From Octopus bimaculoides (Eukaryota), in assembly GCF_001194135.2 (NCBI RefSeq), contig NC_068996.1, positions 11,567,695-11,599,709 on the forward strand: a stretch of DNA of 32,015 bases, written 5' to 3'. Position numbers and translations under genes: made by a program. This document shows, one piece after another, positions 11,140 to 22,667 of the stretch (its first letter is position 1; the number at the start of each line of letters is the position of its first letter). The notes beneath the pieces are model-generated. The model was not told the origin of the DNA and made no database searches. It saw nothing but the letters and a program-made list of their open reading frames with translations.

Positions 11140-12100
11140 TCTTAAAGTGTTGATGAAAATAAGGAGTATAAACTTTTATGAAAATATTGTACCTCAGCCG
11201 CTTCTAACATTACCAAAAGAGTTCTGGTTATTTTTCTCCTAGAAATTCAGAGCTGTTTCATGAAATCTTTGGCAGATTTTCCCACAAACTCTATCATGCC
11301 CACCTCTATGGTGAAGACTTTGGTTTGGAAGCCAAATTCTCTCAGTCTGATCACTAAACTCTTATACTTTGAAGTCTTGTCGATGTGGCCTTTACTGCAT
11401 ATGGTACAATGAGTTAATCCAGAATCGTTTGTCATGATGAAAGTGATGTGAGTACAATGTGGTGTCTAGTACCACTCTTGTTAAGAATATATGGGAGATT
11501 TTTCCATCCTAGATGGTCTGCTGTGCATTTCATAGTTATCCACTCCATCCAGTAGATTCAGCTTCTACGATCCAACTGGAACAGCTGTTGCAGACTACAA
11601 TTGTTTTACACTCTGCTGTGTAAGAAACTGGGGCTTCTGAAGGCATTGTCTTTCCTTTCACTATACAAATCACATGTATATATCACGTACATATCATATA
11701 ACGGTTGTTAGAGCCTTGGGTAAATTGCATTTTAGGTTTTATACTGATTTGTTGCGCCATGCTTTCATAACCTGTCAAAATCAACTTTGCATTTTGTCCT
11801 TATGAGGTCGTTGAAAAACTAAACCAGAGTAGTGGATTTGGTGCTAGTTGAGGGTTTTTGTAGATGCCCTGTGGTGCCTAATCCAGTTCTTCGTGTTCTG
11901 ACAGCAACATCTGCAATGACATAAGTATGCCTCTGAATCGGTTGAAGACAATGGTCTTTTTTTAACAAATATTTGAGGTCTGAAAACATGATGCCTACAT
12001 GAGTGGACATCAGTCAGTTTTTCTCAAAATATTTTGCCCAAATCTTCACAAACCTGAAAGGCTTAGGCAAAATAACTGTCAATTATAATGCCTCTTGTAT
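11140..12100 (-). mobile_element. Highly degenerate Hero-like RLE non-LTR retrotransposon, 3' part
   Basis: Minus-strand remnants in the expected order: VIADVAVRTRRTGLG (compare DIVG..GRxGLG), ILTGYESMAQQ (knuckle remnant), SGTRHHIVL..QTIL (compare LRPDIVL..ILIELTVP), and KTSKYKSLV..TIEVGMIEFVGKS..LGI..LEAAE (compare IEVGCRGF..LGI..EAAE of Hero-type elements). Confidence 0.6.
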
Positions 12101-12524
12101 TATGGAGAACGAAGAGCTGCTGTCTAAGAGTGGTGTTGAGGTATTTTATGTTTGCTAAGTCTGGAGGAAGAAGCGGTCCTCGTGGCATCTGAAAAATCCT
12201 CCAAGAACGGCACGTTTGATGTCATTAGTGTTCAGGTTGAACGTTTGCAAACTGACATCTGGGGAAAGATGATCAAGGATGAAATAAAAAAAAAGAGCGA
12301 CATTTCGAAAAAGAGTTCTAGGTATAATTATACTTGCGGGTAGAGTATCACTACAATAACACCTTTGTCAGTGGAATTTGGTGGCAATGTTGTTTCCATA
12401 TAAGAATGAGTTAGTGTGTTCAATATTCAACCTGGATGGTAGTCAAACCATTGATGCGACACCAGAAGTCAACGTTGTTCACTCCTTGGTTGTTTGTCTG
12501 GCTCAGTGATTACCAACCGTTTCA

Positions 12525-12831
12525 CAGTTGTTCTCAACAGTGGTTCTCAACAGTGGTTCTCAACCCTTTTATTTAAATGAGTTTTCCCACGGTCCCCTTT
12601 TTAATATGCTTATCCTAATATCTACATACATACATACATATATATATATANNNNNNNNNNNNNNNNNNNNNNNNNNNNNNNNNNNNNNNNNNNNNNNNNN
12701 NNNNNNNNNNNNNNNNNNNNNNNNNNNNNNNNNNNNNNNNNNNNNNNNNNNNNNNATATATATATGAAATTTTGAATTTAGTTCACGGACCTCCAGTACA
12801 ACCTTTGCGGATTTCAGGTTGGGAACCAATG
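12525..12831. mobile_element. hAT (Charlie-like) MITE with internal (CATA)n/(TA)n and a gap
   Basis: Left TIR cagtggttctcaacc (12551-12565) and right TIR ggttgggaaccaatg (12817-12831). Typical subterminal gg(t/a)cc motifs are present. No clean 8-bp TSD was seen. Confidence 0.7.
12651..12755. other. Assembly gap (105 N)
   Basis: N run flanked by TA repeats. Confidence 1.
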
Positions 12832-13129
12832 GTTTAGCTATTGGTCCACTGTGTTTAACCGACAAAAGAATGACCTTCAGTAAGATGAAGGGCAACTGAG
12901 ATCAGTGAGGTAATTAGGGTTGCTGAACACTAATCATATTATTTTGATTGTTCCAGTTGCCTTTCAGTTTTCTTGGTGTGTTACACCGAGGGAGTTTATA
13001 ACTAGAATGGAGGCAGATGTATATACAGAAACACGGGGAGACGGAGAAACAGAAATAATGGAATCAATGAAAAAAACACACAGAAAAACATGAAATACGG
13101 TGAAAGAGAGGAAAGAGAGGGGGATGGAA

Positions 13130-13142
13130 GACAGACAGACCA

Positions 13143-13209
<67 letters not shown>

Positions 13210-13210
13210 G
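13130..13210. repeat. (CAGA)n microsatellite
   Basis: Directly visible. Confidence 0.97.
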
Positions 13211-14207
13211 TGAGAATGTCAATGTTATTCTGCATTGGTATGTTCAAATTGTGTGTTCGAACATAAAAGAACAATGTCATAAAGATTTATAAATATAAGC
13301 ATTAAAACATATATCGGTAAATAGTTAAATTAAAGTGAAATAACCTTAGTGGGGAAATACCTGTGGATGTTATACCTTTATCTTTTACGTGTTCCAGGCA
13401 AAAGGCTATTGCCATGCTGGGTCACTACCATTTTTAAAAATTTCATTTTATTTATTTATTTATTTTGTCATTGTTTAAATGCTTATCGCTATTATGAAAG
13501 TAGACAGATACATACATCGGCAGAATGGACAGTAAATGTTCAAATATGCTGAGTTACACTGTGGAATTTTCACGGTTCCTGCAATAAAGTATTATGCAAA
13601 TTGGTGCACAGTTTGATATAACAACAAAATAGTTCGATATATGTACGGGATTAAATGAGATTAAACGATTCATTACTAAAACTGTGAGAATTATGAAGCA
13701 GAAACAACTATATGTACGTAATTAATAACAACGCATAATTACAAAGTTGATATACTGATTGCCGTACTAAATACATTTTTAATTCATGGAAAGTTCTTTA
13801 GTTCCGATGGATTCAGCAAACTGAGAACGCGTCATAAATCTTGACGACAATTGTTTGTCACTTTCAGATATTCTACAAATTAAGAATGGACTTTCTAGTT
13901 GATTTACACATTTTGAGGGAAGACACAAGGATATCTTAGCAGCATTATACCCCTACTCAGGGAAAATGAAAACACTAGGTTCTATAGTATATGCTTATCG
14001 ATTGTAAGCCACAGAATGCATAGATCAGAATTGGTCCCTCTTCATCTATGAGGTCCATGGGCCCAGAGTGCCTATGCATTAATACAAGTAATAAATCTCT
14101 TTGGGCATACTTTTGTCTGCGTAACTCCTGGTCTTTCTGCTATCCTTCTGCCATCTTTCTGCCATCCATATGAATAAAGGAAAAGAGTTACATGCATATT
14201 TGGTTAA

Positions 14208-14600
14208 GTGGAGGCACAATGGCCCAGTGGTTAGGGCAGCGGACTCGCGGTCGTAGGATAGCGGTTTCGATTCCCAGACCGGGCGTTGTGAGTGTTTATT
14301 GAGCTAAAACACCTAAAAGCTCCACGAGTCTCCGGCAGGAGATGGTGGCGAACCCTGCTGTACTCTTCCACCACAACTTTCTCTCACTCTTTCTTCCTGT
14401 TTCTGTTGTGCCTGTAATTCAAAGAGTCAGCCTTGTCACACTGTGTCACACTGAATATCCCCGAGAACTATGTTAAGAGTACACGTGTCTGTGGAGTGCT
14501 CAGCCACTTGCACGTTAATTTCACGAGCAGGCTGTTCCGTTGATCGGATCAACTGGAACCCTCGTCATCGTAAGCGACGGAGTGCCAACAGCAACAACAA
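14208..14600 (+). mobile_element. Full-length young tRNA-derived SINE, family C, with (AAC)n tail
   Basis: Canonical A box tggcccagtgg, B box ggtttcgattccc and caacagcaacaacaa tail. About 94% identical, without indels, to the reverse complement of 22668-23057. Confidence 0.92.
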
Positions 14601-16185
14601 TATTTGGCTAAAGATAATTTGCAAAGTTAAAAATAAAACAAGCGGAAATAAATTAAGGGAGTCAATACCATAAATTCGAATTATGCTAAAAAGTACAAAG
14701 TACCGAATGCCGTAAGTAATGAATTGTTGATGCATTAAAATTTCCTGATTTGGAGAAAAAAGACTAGAAAAATCAAGTGACATTTCTTTGCGACTTTTCT
14801 AGTGAACAGGAGTTAGACTATTAGTTTAATGTGTGTAATTGTTCAGGCTTTAATGACATGGGTTAATTAAATTGCAATTTATTACACACAACTTTCGATT
14901 AATTTCATATAAGTTTCTTTAATAAACATAGAATGAATTACTACAGATTACTGTAGAATATAATTTACATTTCGTACATTCAAAAAAATCTGTGCAGTGC
15001 TCCATGAATTTCTTCATACATACACACTTTCATTCACTCTTACCACTGATTTTACACACATGCACCATGCACGTACGCACGCATACACGCGCGCGCGCAT
15101 AAAGGCTATTAAATTTTCCATTATATTACAAAATTATAAATGATATCAAGAAATATAATGATTAATAAAATATATTTTATTTCTAATGCAATTTTTATTA
15201 TTTTCAAACACTTTAGAGTTGTCCTCATGAATTCTTGGAAAGCAATGTTCCATTCTGTTTAATATTATCGTTAAAAATATTATTCACTTCATTAGGAGTT
15301 CTCAAATCAGTCATAACTTTCCTATTCCTGGGTAAAAGTCCTTTTTTCTTTCTTTTTTCACCATTACTCTCGGTTAACTGTATCAGTTACCAATTAAATG
15401 TTTTCGCCCAATTGCTTCAGGTCATTTCACTTAATTACTAAGTAAAAATATGAAAAAGGCCATAATTATTAATAGGTGGAATTATTTAGTGTAATACTTA
15501 AAGATTTGCTTCTTTAATCTGTTAATGAATTTTTGCAACATTTAAAATTATATTACGAGTCTAAACAAGCGTAATATAATTTTAAATGCCCCGCTGTTTC
15601 ACTCGTCAATTTATTCCGGCAAGACTGTACGGTACTGGTTGAATTTATCTATAATAATCGTGAAATATACAAAATTGTGGAGAATGAAGAAATGTTGATG
15701 TTCTTCGGAATGTCTTATCAGTGGTGTTTATAATACAACTATGAACAAACACAACAAAATAACGAGTAATTTTATTTTAAAATTTCAACCGCTATAATAC
15801 TAATGAAATGAATTCCATTTCTGTTAATTATGCGTTTGTATAACTGATCAAGTCGTTTTCAAATTTTAATATAGTCAATGATTTTTCGCGAGAACGGTAG
15901 ACATGCAACTGTTTTAGAAACGTCTAGAAACTACGTGAGATTCAAATTCTCAGGCGCCACAAACCCCACATCAGTTTTGACACCCATCGTCCCTTCCCAT
16001 GATTTTGTTTCTTCATTTTCTTTTTCTTATTTATTTATTTTTTCTAAAGAGCAAAGACTTCCCAGCTGAAAAAACGACAAATGCTACGCTGGATTTAACC
16101 TTCCATTAGTTCCGTTACAAACCACATGCTAAATTCATATTCAACAAACTTCCTTTGCAGATGTTTGCCAAATAAATCAGTTGAC

Positions 16186-16220
16186 AAATAATAAATAAAT
16201 AATAAATAAATAAATAAATA
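16186..16220. repeat. (AAAT)n microsatellite
   Basis: Directly visible. Confidence 0.9.
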
Positions 16221-16320
16221 CTAATGCTTTAGATTTTAATGAATTCTACTGAAAAGTGATTTCTGACACACATAGATTAGATTTTTGTCTTTTCAGTGCA
16301 TAATAATAATAATAATAATT

Positions 16321-16765
16321 TTTTTACTTGTTCAGTCATTTGACTGTGGCCATGCTGGAGCACCGCTTTAGTCGAGCAAATCGACCCCAGGACTTATTCT
16401 TTGTAAACCTAGTACTTATTCTATCGGTCTCTTTTGCCGAACCGCGAAGTTACGGGGACGTAAACACACCAACATGGGTTGTCAAGCGATGTTGGGGGGA
16501 CAAATACACAAACATACACACACACACACAAATCACACACACACTCACACACACACATCACACACACTCACACACACACACACACATATATATACTTATA
16601 TACGACGGGCTTCTTTCAGTTTCCGTCTACCAAATCCACTCACAAGGCTTTGGTTGGACCGAGGCTATAGTAGAAGACACTTGCCCAAGGTGCCACGAAG
16701 TGGGACTGAACCCGGAACTATGTGGTTGGTAAGCAATCTACTTACCACACAGCCACTCCTGCGCC
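16321..16765 (-). mobile_element. Full-length tRNA-derived SINE, family A (OR2-like), with internal (CA)n/(TA)n
   Basis: The reverse complement begins ggcgcaggagtggctgtgtggtaagtag and ends ccacagtcaaatgactgaacaagtaaaaa; it matches 6780-7326. Confidence 0.92.

Positions 16766-16766
<1 letters not shown>

Positions 16767-16812
<46 letters not shown>
16767..16812. repeat. (TAA)n tract (tail of the adjacent family B SINE)
   Basis: Directly visible. Confidence 0.95.
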
Positions 16813-16813
<1 letters not shown>

Positions 16814-17015
16814 GGTTTCAAGGGCAGCGGTTTTGAGGGAGGGGATGAGTCCATTTCATCGGCCCGAGTGTTTCACTGGTACTTATCATATCAACCCCGA
16901 AAAGGTGAACGGTAAAACCGACCTCGGCAGAATTTGAACTCAGAACATAGCGACGGGAAAAATATCGCTAACCATTTCGACCGGCGCGCTTGCAATTCTG
17001 CCAGCTCACCACCTT
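16813..17015 (-). mobile_element. tRNA-derived SINE, family B (OR1/OK-like)
   Basis: The reverse complement begins aaggtggtgagctggcagaat and has the B box gagttcaaattc. It is homologous to 30073-30255. Confidence 0.85.
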
Positions 17016-17090
17016 AATAATGATAATAATAATAATAATAATAATAACGACAACGACGACGACGACGACAACGATGATGATGATGATGAT
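17016..17090. repeat. Compound microsatellite (AAT)n-(GAC)n-(GAT)n
   Basis: Directly visible. Confidence 0.95.
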
Positions 17091-17430
17091 TTTTTATTTG
17101 CCACCAGGGGAAGGATGAGGGGCTAAGGAAAGTTGTGCCTCACGAACGGAGCCTACACACGCTCACCGTCCAGAAATCGTTGCAGGTGGCGCAACCTGAG
17201 TGATAGTCTCCGCATCACAAGCCACGGCATGCCTGAGCCGCTTCACAGCAGGTGCTGATAGCAGACTGATCGTTTGGCTATTGGAACACGTGCCTTCGAA
17301 AAGAAACTAAATAAGAGATGCTTCAACTTGGTCAAGCAGTAACCGGAGGAGGGCACAACAGTGAGGCAATAACTGTTAACGGAGGCAATGTAGTGATTAT
17401 CCACCTCTGCCCGACCTTTTAGGAACAGTT
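17091..17430 (-). mobile_element. Tx1/L1-type LINE fragment (post-RT region) ending in aataaaaa
   Basis: Translation LKGRAEVDNHYIASV...GMPWLVMRR..RLRHLQRFLDGERV is homologous (roughly 75-80% nt by eye) to plus-strand 17963-18225. Confidence 0.8.
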
Positions 17431-17439
17431 TCTTCTGTG

Positions 17440-18422
17440 TCCAGTTGATCACCGTGCAGGTGCCGGTAAGCGCAAACATGCGCAACCCGAGCAGGTCTAT
17501 CCACGACAACCTCCATATTATGCGCAACATCATAGAGAGGGCTAGGACCATTTGGATCAATCAAAAGTATTTGATAGGCTCGATAGTCACTACTTAGAAG
17601 CCGTCCTGAAAGCAGGTGGTTTCGGACCCGTTTTCAGAGGCTGGATCGCTGTTCAGTGGTCAAAGTAAACGACCACCTATCGAAGCCATTTGGTTTCGCA
17701 CGCTCGGTCCGTCAGGGCTGCCCGCTGTCGCATCTTCTATACGTATTGGCACTCGAATCGAGCTACTGTTGCGGAAGATGGACCAGGTAAGTGGCATCCC
17801 TTTTGAACTGGGATAAGGAAAGGCACTGTCAGCGTACGCGGACGATGTCACCGTCATGGTGTCGGACTCTTCCGAAGTGGAGACGGTCGGCACCATCCTA
17901 AAGAAATATGAGTCAGTTGCAGGGGCTAAAACCACCCAGAAATGAGCTGAAATCTGTCCCTGAAAGGTCGGGTAGAGGTGGCGAATGCTTACATCGCCTC
18001 CGTTATCATTTATCGCCTGACCGTCATGCCTTGTCCCGGTTACTGCTTGACCAGGTTGGAGCGTCTCTTATTTAAATTCTTGTTGTCAGGCGGTCAGTCT
18101 GTTGTCAGCATCCTCCGAGTGGCGGATTAGGCATGCCGTGGCTTCTAATACGCATACACGCGTTTAGATCACGTCACCTGCAACGATTTCTGGAAGGTGA
18201 GAATGTGTGGACTCCATTTGTGAGGTTCGTCTTTCCGCAGCTCGTCTCCTTGACGGAGTTGCAGTTCTGCGTGCAGAAAAGACTGAGACTGGGCGCCTGG
18301 CACCTAAAATATCGTCAGGCGCGCACAAACCTCTACCAGTCGGGCAATGGGATCGGTGGATGTTCTGCTTTAGAAATTTGTAGAGGATTAGTGGCGGGGA
18401 AGTGCGACGAAGTTCTCGGGGG
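17440..18422 (+). mobile_element. Tx1/L1-type LINE ORF2 fragment (RT core and downstream region), pseudogenised
   Basis: RSIHDNLHIMRNII; SVRQGCPLSHLLYVLALE; SAYADDVTVMV; LKGRVEVANAYIASV; GGLGMPW..RHLQRFL. Frameshifts and deletions throughout. Confidence 0.88.
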
Positions 18423-18607
18423 NNNNNNNNNNNNNNNNNNNNNNNNNNNNNNNNNNNNNNNNNNNNNNNNNNNNNNNNNNNNNNNNNNNNNNNNNNNNNN
18501 NNNNNNNNNNNNNNNNNNNNNNNNNNNNNNNNNNNNNNNNNNNNNNNNNNNNNNNNNNNNNNNNNNNNNNNNNNNNNNNNNNNNNNNNNNNNNNNNNNNN
18601 NNNNNNN
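18423..18607. other. Assembly gap (185 N)
   Basis: N run. Confidence 1.
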
Positions 18608-18642
18608 GGTGGTGGTGGTGGTGGTGGTGGTGGTGGTGGTGG

Positions 18643-18684
<42 letters not shown>
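18608..18684. repeat. (GGT)n-(GAT)n microsatellite
   Basis: Directly visible. Confidence 0.97.
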
Positions 18685-18690
18685 CTACAC

Positions 18691-21130
18691 TTTTTTTTAT
18701 TAACCATTAAAGGTTTACGAAAGGATCGATAATGTAACAGAACGATACAAAACAGCTTGCGGTTACATAAAAGCGTATAAACAATAAAATAACAAAGGCA
18801 ACGAAAGTAAACATTTTTTATATCAGGGAATACATCCAAGAGATGCTCGTGGAAACTGCAGAAAGCCACACTCAGTACTCTTTCCCCTGCCTCGGTGTAT
18901 GTGTGCATGATCAGACCAGGTCTGTTCAGACGCACCATCACTGTCGCATCCACCCACTTTTCAACAAATTTGCCGCAAAAAGTACCTCCTTCTCCACCGT
19001 CAAAGTTCTTGCCAATTGAGACTTGAAAAAGTTTGAAAAAAATTGATGAGTATTTGGCCAAAGAGGAAGATGTCTGTCTTCAGCCCTTTCAATTTGGTCC
19101 ATCTCACAATTTCTCTCCCTAAGACCACCATACAGTTAAATATCACCTCTCCTTCCTGGTCAAAGACAAGTGGCGGAACGAATTTCACAAAACACTCAGG
19201 AGATAGCCAGATTCGTCTTAAGCGCGGCAGCAGATGTTCGACGTAAACCCGCAAGTCAGCAAAGCTCGGACACGGGACGAGTACATGCATAACAGTTTTA
19301 TCGCTCTGCGTGCATCGCGGGCAGGTACATCTGATGGTACTTCTATAACAGTATTCTTTATCATAAACCATCAATCCTTTCCGGTTGCCCTGCTACGTCA
19401 GATATCTTCGGATATTATCCTTGGTCCTGGACTGAAACGTCATCCAGAACAAACCAGGTGTGGAGATGAATGTCCTAGAGACTAACTGCAGGCTCACGGC
19501 TTCCAGTTGCCGGTTCTTGATCCTATCGAAAGCTTTCAGTTGATCGATGCCTTGAGCCTTATCTATATTTTCTATATTGCATAAGCGGCAGTTTGCCCAG
19601 GGTAGATCTATTTGAGAGGGCACGTATCTGTGCCAACCATTTCACTTACACTTAAATTCTTCGACTCCGCGTTCAACGAGACTTATTGTAAGGCTCGTAG
19701 GGCAAACCATCAAAACTAGGCAACTTACCCTAGCAATAGCTTCACGTATTTCAATACTTTTGGCGAGTCACCGGAGGCTATCGGGTTAGACACTGTGGTC
19801 CACCATGCAGTTTGGTTCCCCACTAGTTGTTAACAGTCGTATGAGGTACCGCTGAAAGGATTTATACCTCTGCTTGGAATCAAATAGCATGCGATCTTCA
19901 TGGTGAGTGAGATATGTAATTGTGTCTTTTAACCAAGTTGCGCCTCTTTCACTTGAGCCACCGAACCTCTATCACCCCTTTGTGTCTTTGAGCACGATGT
20001 TAGTTCTGACAACATGGAAATCGTGCTTCGAATTGTCCACCCTCGCGATGTAAGCATGCTGCTTGTGTTTCTTTTCTTTTGCATCACTTCTAGGTTTCTA
20101 AATAAGTCACCTTCTTATCCAGTTTTCTACATCGCTAATTGCTTACGATATCTTATTGATTCGACACTAATTATTCATTTCAGGGTTATATATCATCTAT
20201 TGTTGACGACTACCTCTGTCAACGCCCGTTTAATTGATTCGCTAATCTGGTGTCTGAATTTTTTATCGCCAGGAAACACACTTTGATTTGCTAGGAACCC
20301 AGTTCTTGTTTCAACGGGCTTATTTAAGTTGACCATACAGATCCTAAATTTTCTGGCTTGAGTAGCCGGCCATTTTGAAAACTGGATACCCTATGCTATT
20401 CCTACCATATGTAACTTGAATTATCCGATGCGTTTTGCCTATGTCCACATTGGTACATTCTGGAAATCCAGTCAGTAGTCGTCAGACATTTGGAAACGTC
20501 TGAACCTGTTTGCTAGGCGTTTTCACCACTTCTCCTATCAGGTAGTCCCACACAATCTTAAGGTGCATCTAAAAAGGCATCCAAGTCACCCCATAAGCAT
20601 CAAAGAATAAGATGGTCCCAGGAAAACCTCAAGAGGTTTGAAGTAAAATAACAACCTCACTCATGTCGATGTAGACAATCTCTACTCTAAAGGCATCCCC
20701 GTCACTAACATTAACGGCCAGTGCCACCAAATTCTGTTCTGAAAGGTGACCTGGAAAAACCACAGCAGTTTCACTTCCCTTTCCAGTCGTCTTGGAAATA
20801 TGCACACCTCATTACCGCCGAAAATAAGCATGAAGATTCATGGCTCGAAATTCTTCTGGTTATGCTAACGTTCATCTCAAGTTTCATCGAATGACCTGAG
20901 GATATTGAGCAAGGCGTCCTTGTTTCCATGGCGACTTTTGGCATTTGTACTGTTTATTCCATGTAAGACAATGTTAGAAAGAAGGGTGAAGGTGAGAAAA
21001 GCCCACCTACTTCATTCCACCAGAGACAGAGATATTCCGTTCTTCTGTCGATGGGTAATACTGTTTGCACCAGATAGGTTGGTATTACTGGAACAATCGT
21101 TTGTCTCCTGTGGGACGGCACAGTGCTTCT
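18691..21130 (-). mobile_element. Tx1/L1-type LINE, degenerate near-complete ORF2 with a large internal RT deletion, 3' UTR and poly(A)
   Basis: Minus-strand remnants in order: APE endonuclease (GDLDAFLDA..DCVG, MWT; ~20970-20350), linker (FRHQISESIKRALT), RT0 (PSFDGLPYE), IDQLKAFDRI..LEAV (~19540-19490), a jump to the C-terminal CPRC..TVMHVLVPC knuckle (~19330-19270), and an A-tail at 18691-18698. Confidence 0.85.
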
Positions 21131-21197
21131 GAACTTTGCGAGTGGAAAATCATTCAGATGTATCCGAGCTGATAGCTTGTCCCATAAAAATAGTCCT

Positions 21198-21276
21198 GGA
21201 CCGCATCACCCGGTCAGGAATCGAAACCACACTCTTACGAGTCCAACGACCTAAGCACTAAATCACGCGCCTCCAC
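21198..21276 (-). mobile_element. tRNA-like SINE head only
   Basis: Reverse complement gtggaggcgcgtgatttagtgcttagg...ggtttcgattcctgaccggg resembles the family C and 2841 heads. Not a real tRNA: no intact acceptor or anticodon arms were seen. Confidence 0.55.
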
Positions 21277-22667
21277 ACGTGATCTAGTTGGCTTAAACTA
21301 AATTATCTTACAAAATTTCAACAATTAACGACTTTTGAACATATAAACAGACGAGCGAACCCATGAGATTTCAAGCGATGTGTTTCTGACACCACTGCAC
21401 CACCACCACCACTTCCACTACCAACACGACAACAACAACTAAAATAATTTTCTGGTAATAATTACTAACATAAATAATAAAAGCTTTTCTTTATTAGTCA
21501 CAAGGGCTAAGGAGATACAGAATGTGCAAAGAAACGTTAACGAGAAACCTTACAATGACGTGCGGCTTAGAGCATATATGTTCTACACAAACGTTATACA
21601 AATATGAAAGTTAAAACTTTAAAAAATTAAACAACTATTTTGCCGGAATATATGAAAACAGCACGATAAATCTCACTATAATTAAAATGAGATATTTATA
21701 TAAATATTAATTCTCTATTCACGTTGATCAAGTTTCCTCACTTCCCTTCTTAAGTTTTAATCTCTAAATCCTTCCTGTATTTTTCGTGGCAGGAGATACG
21801 ACAATTTTTCGCCGAGAAGATCTTGGATTATAGCAAATAATGACTTCCCATGACCGTTGGATCCTTATTATGTATAATACTTTGTAAAGTTTATTCGAGA
21901 GTTTGTATTACAAATCTCTACCTTATATTGTTCAAAATCTGATCCCATTTCCTTTCCGATTCGTACTTGGGTTTTTCTTGTGCATATTTTATAAGTATGT
22001 TGTTGGAGCTTTGTTACTCTTTCGAATGACTGTGAAGTTCATTCTGTTCAGAGTTTAAGCTGGTTCCACCTCACAGGAAATTACTTTTCCTTCATATGAA
22101 TTCTTCGTCAGCGGAGTGTATCTCCTTGTCACAGGACGTGTTTTTATAGCATTTTACGTTCTTTTATGTGAGTCTTTCATTTACTTGCGAAAGTTTGCTT
22201 ACTCCATCAGAATCCTAATAAGCAGACAGCAGCGTGGTACTACTACGAGAAGATACTGCAACGAGAGTATATCTGCTGGTTGTTTAGTACTAGCTGTTGG
22301 GCTGCCGTTCGTTGGATAACTTTAAATGTTCTCGCCAGTTGTAGATTATAGAGGGAATTTTTAGATTTCATCTTTCGTTCCTGGTAATGAGTGAAAAATA
22401 ATTTCGTTTGATGACTCACAAGTTAAGAGTGGAGTAGCATTAGGAGCGCCACCCCTAAGTATACTCTTCTTGTTGTGGGCTTTATTTTGTAAGCTTTCAG
22501 TATAGGAAGCTCTTAAACTGCTTTTACTCCCACTTGTGTAGCAGCCAATTCGTTTACCTTCGCTGTTTTAAGGTCTCCCTCTTCTAGATCATAAACTTCT
22601 GATATTATTTTAAGGACTTGTAGGGTTATAATTACTAGTGTGTCCATGAGGATTATACCTGATCACA

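Noticed and set aside
12100-12520. ORF 12152-12343 and the surrounding complex sequence
   Set aside because: Six-frame reading gave no recognisable RT or host-protein motif. It may be the degraded upstream part of the adjacent RLE element.
21790-22660. ~870 bp of complex sequence that may be a decayed N-terminal region of an R4/Dong ORF on the minus strand
   Set aside because: Only faint resemblance, broken by many stops; not strong enough to call without a profile search.
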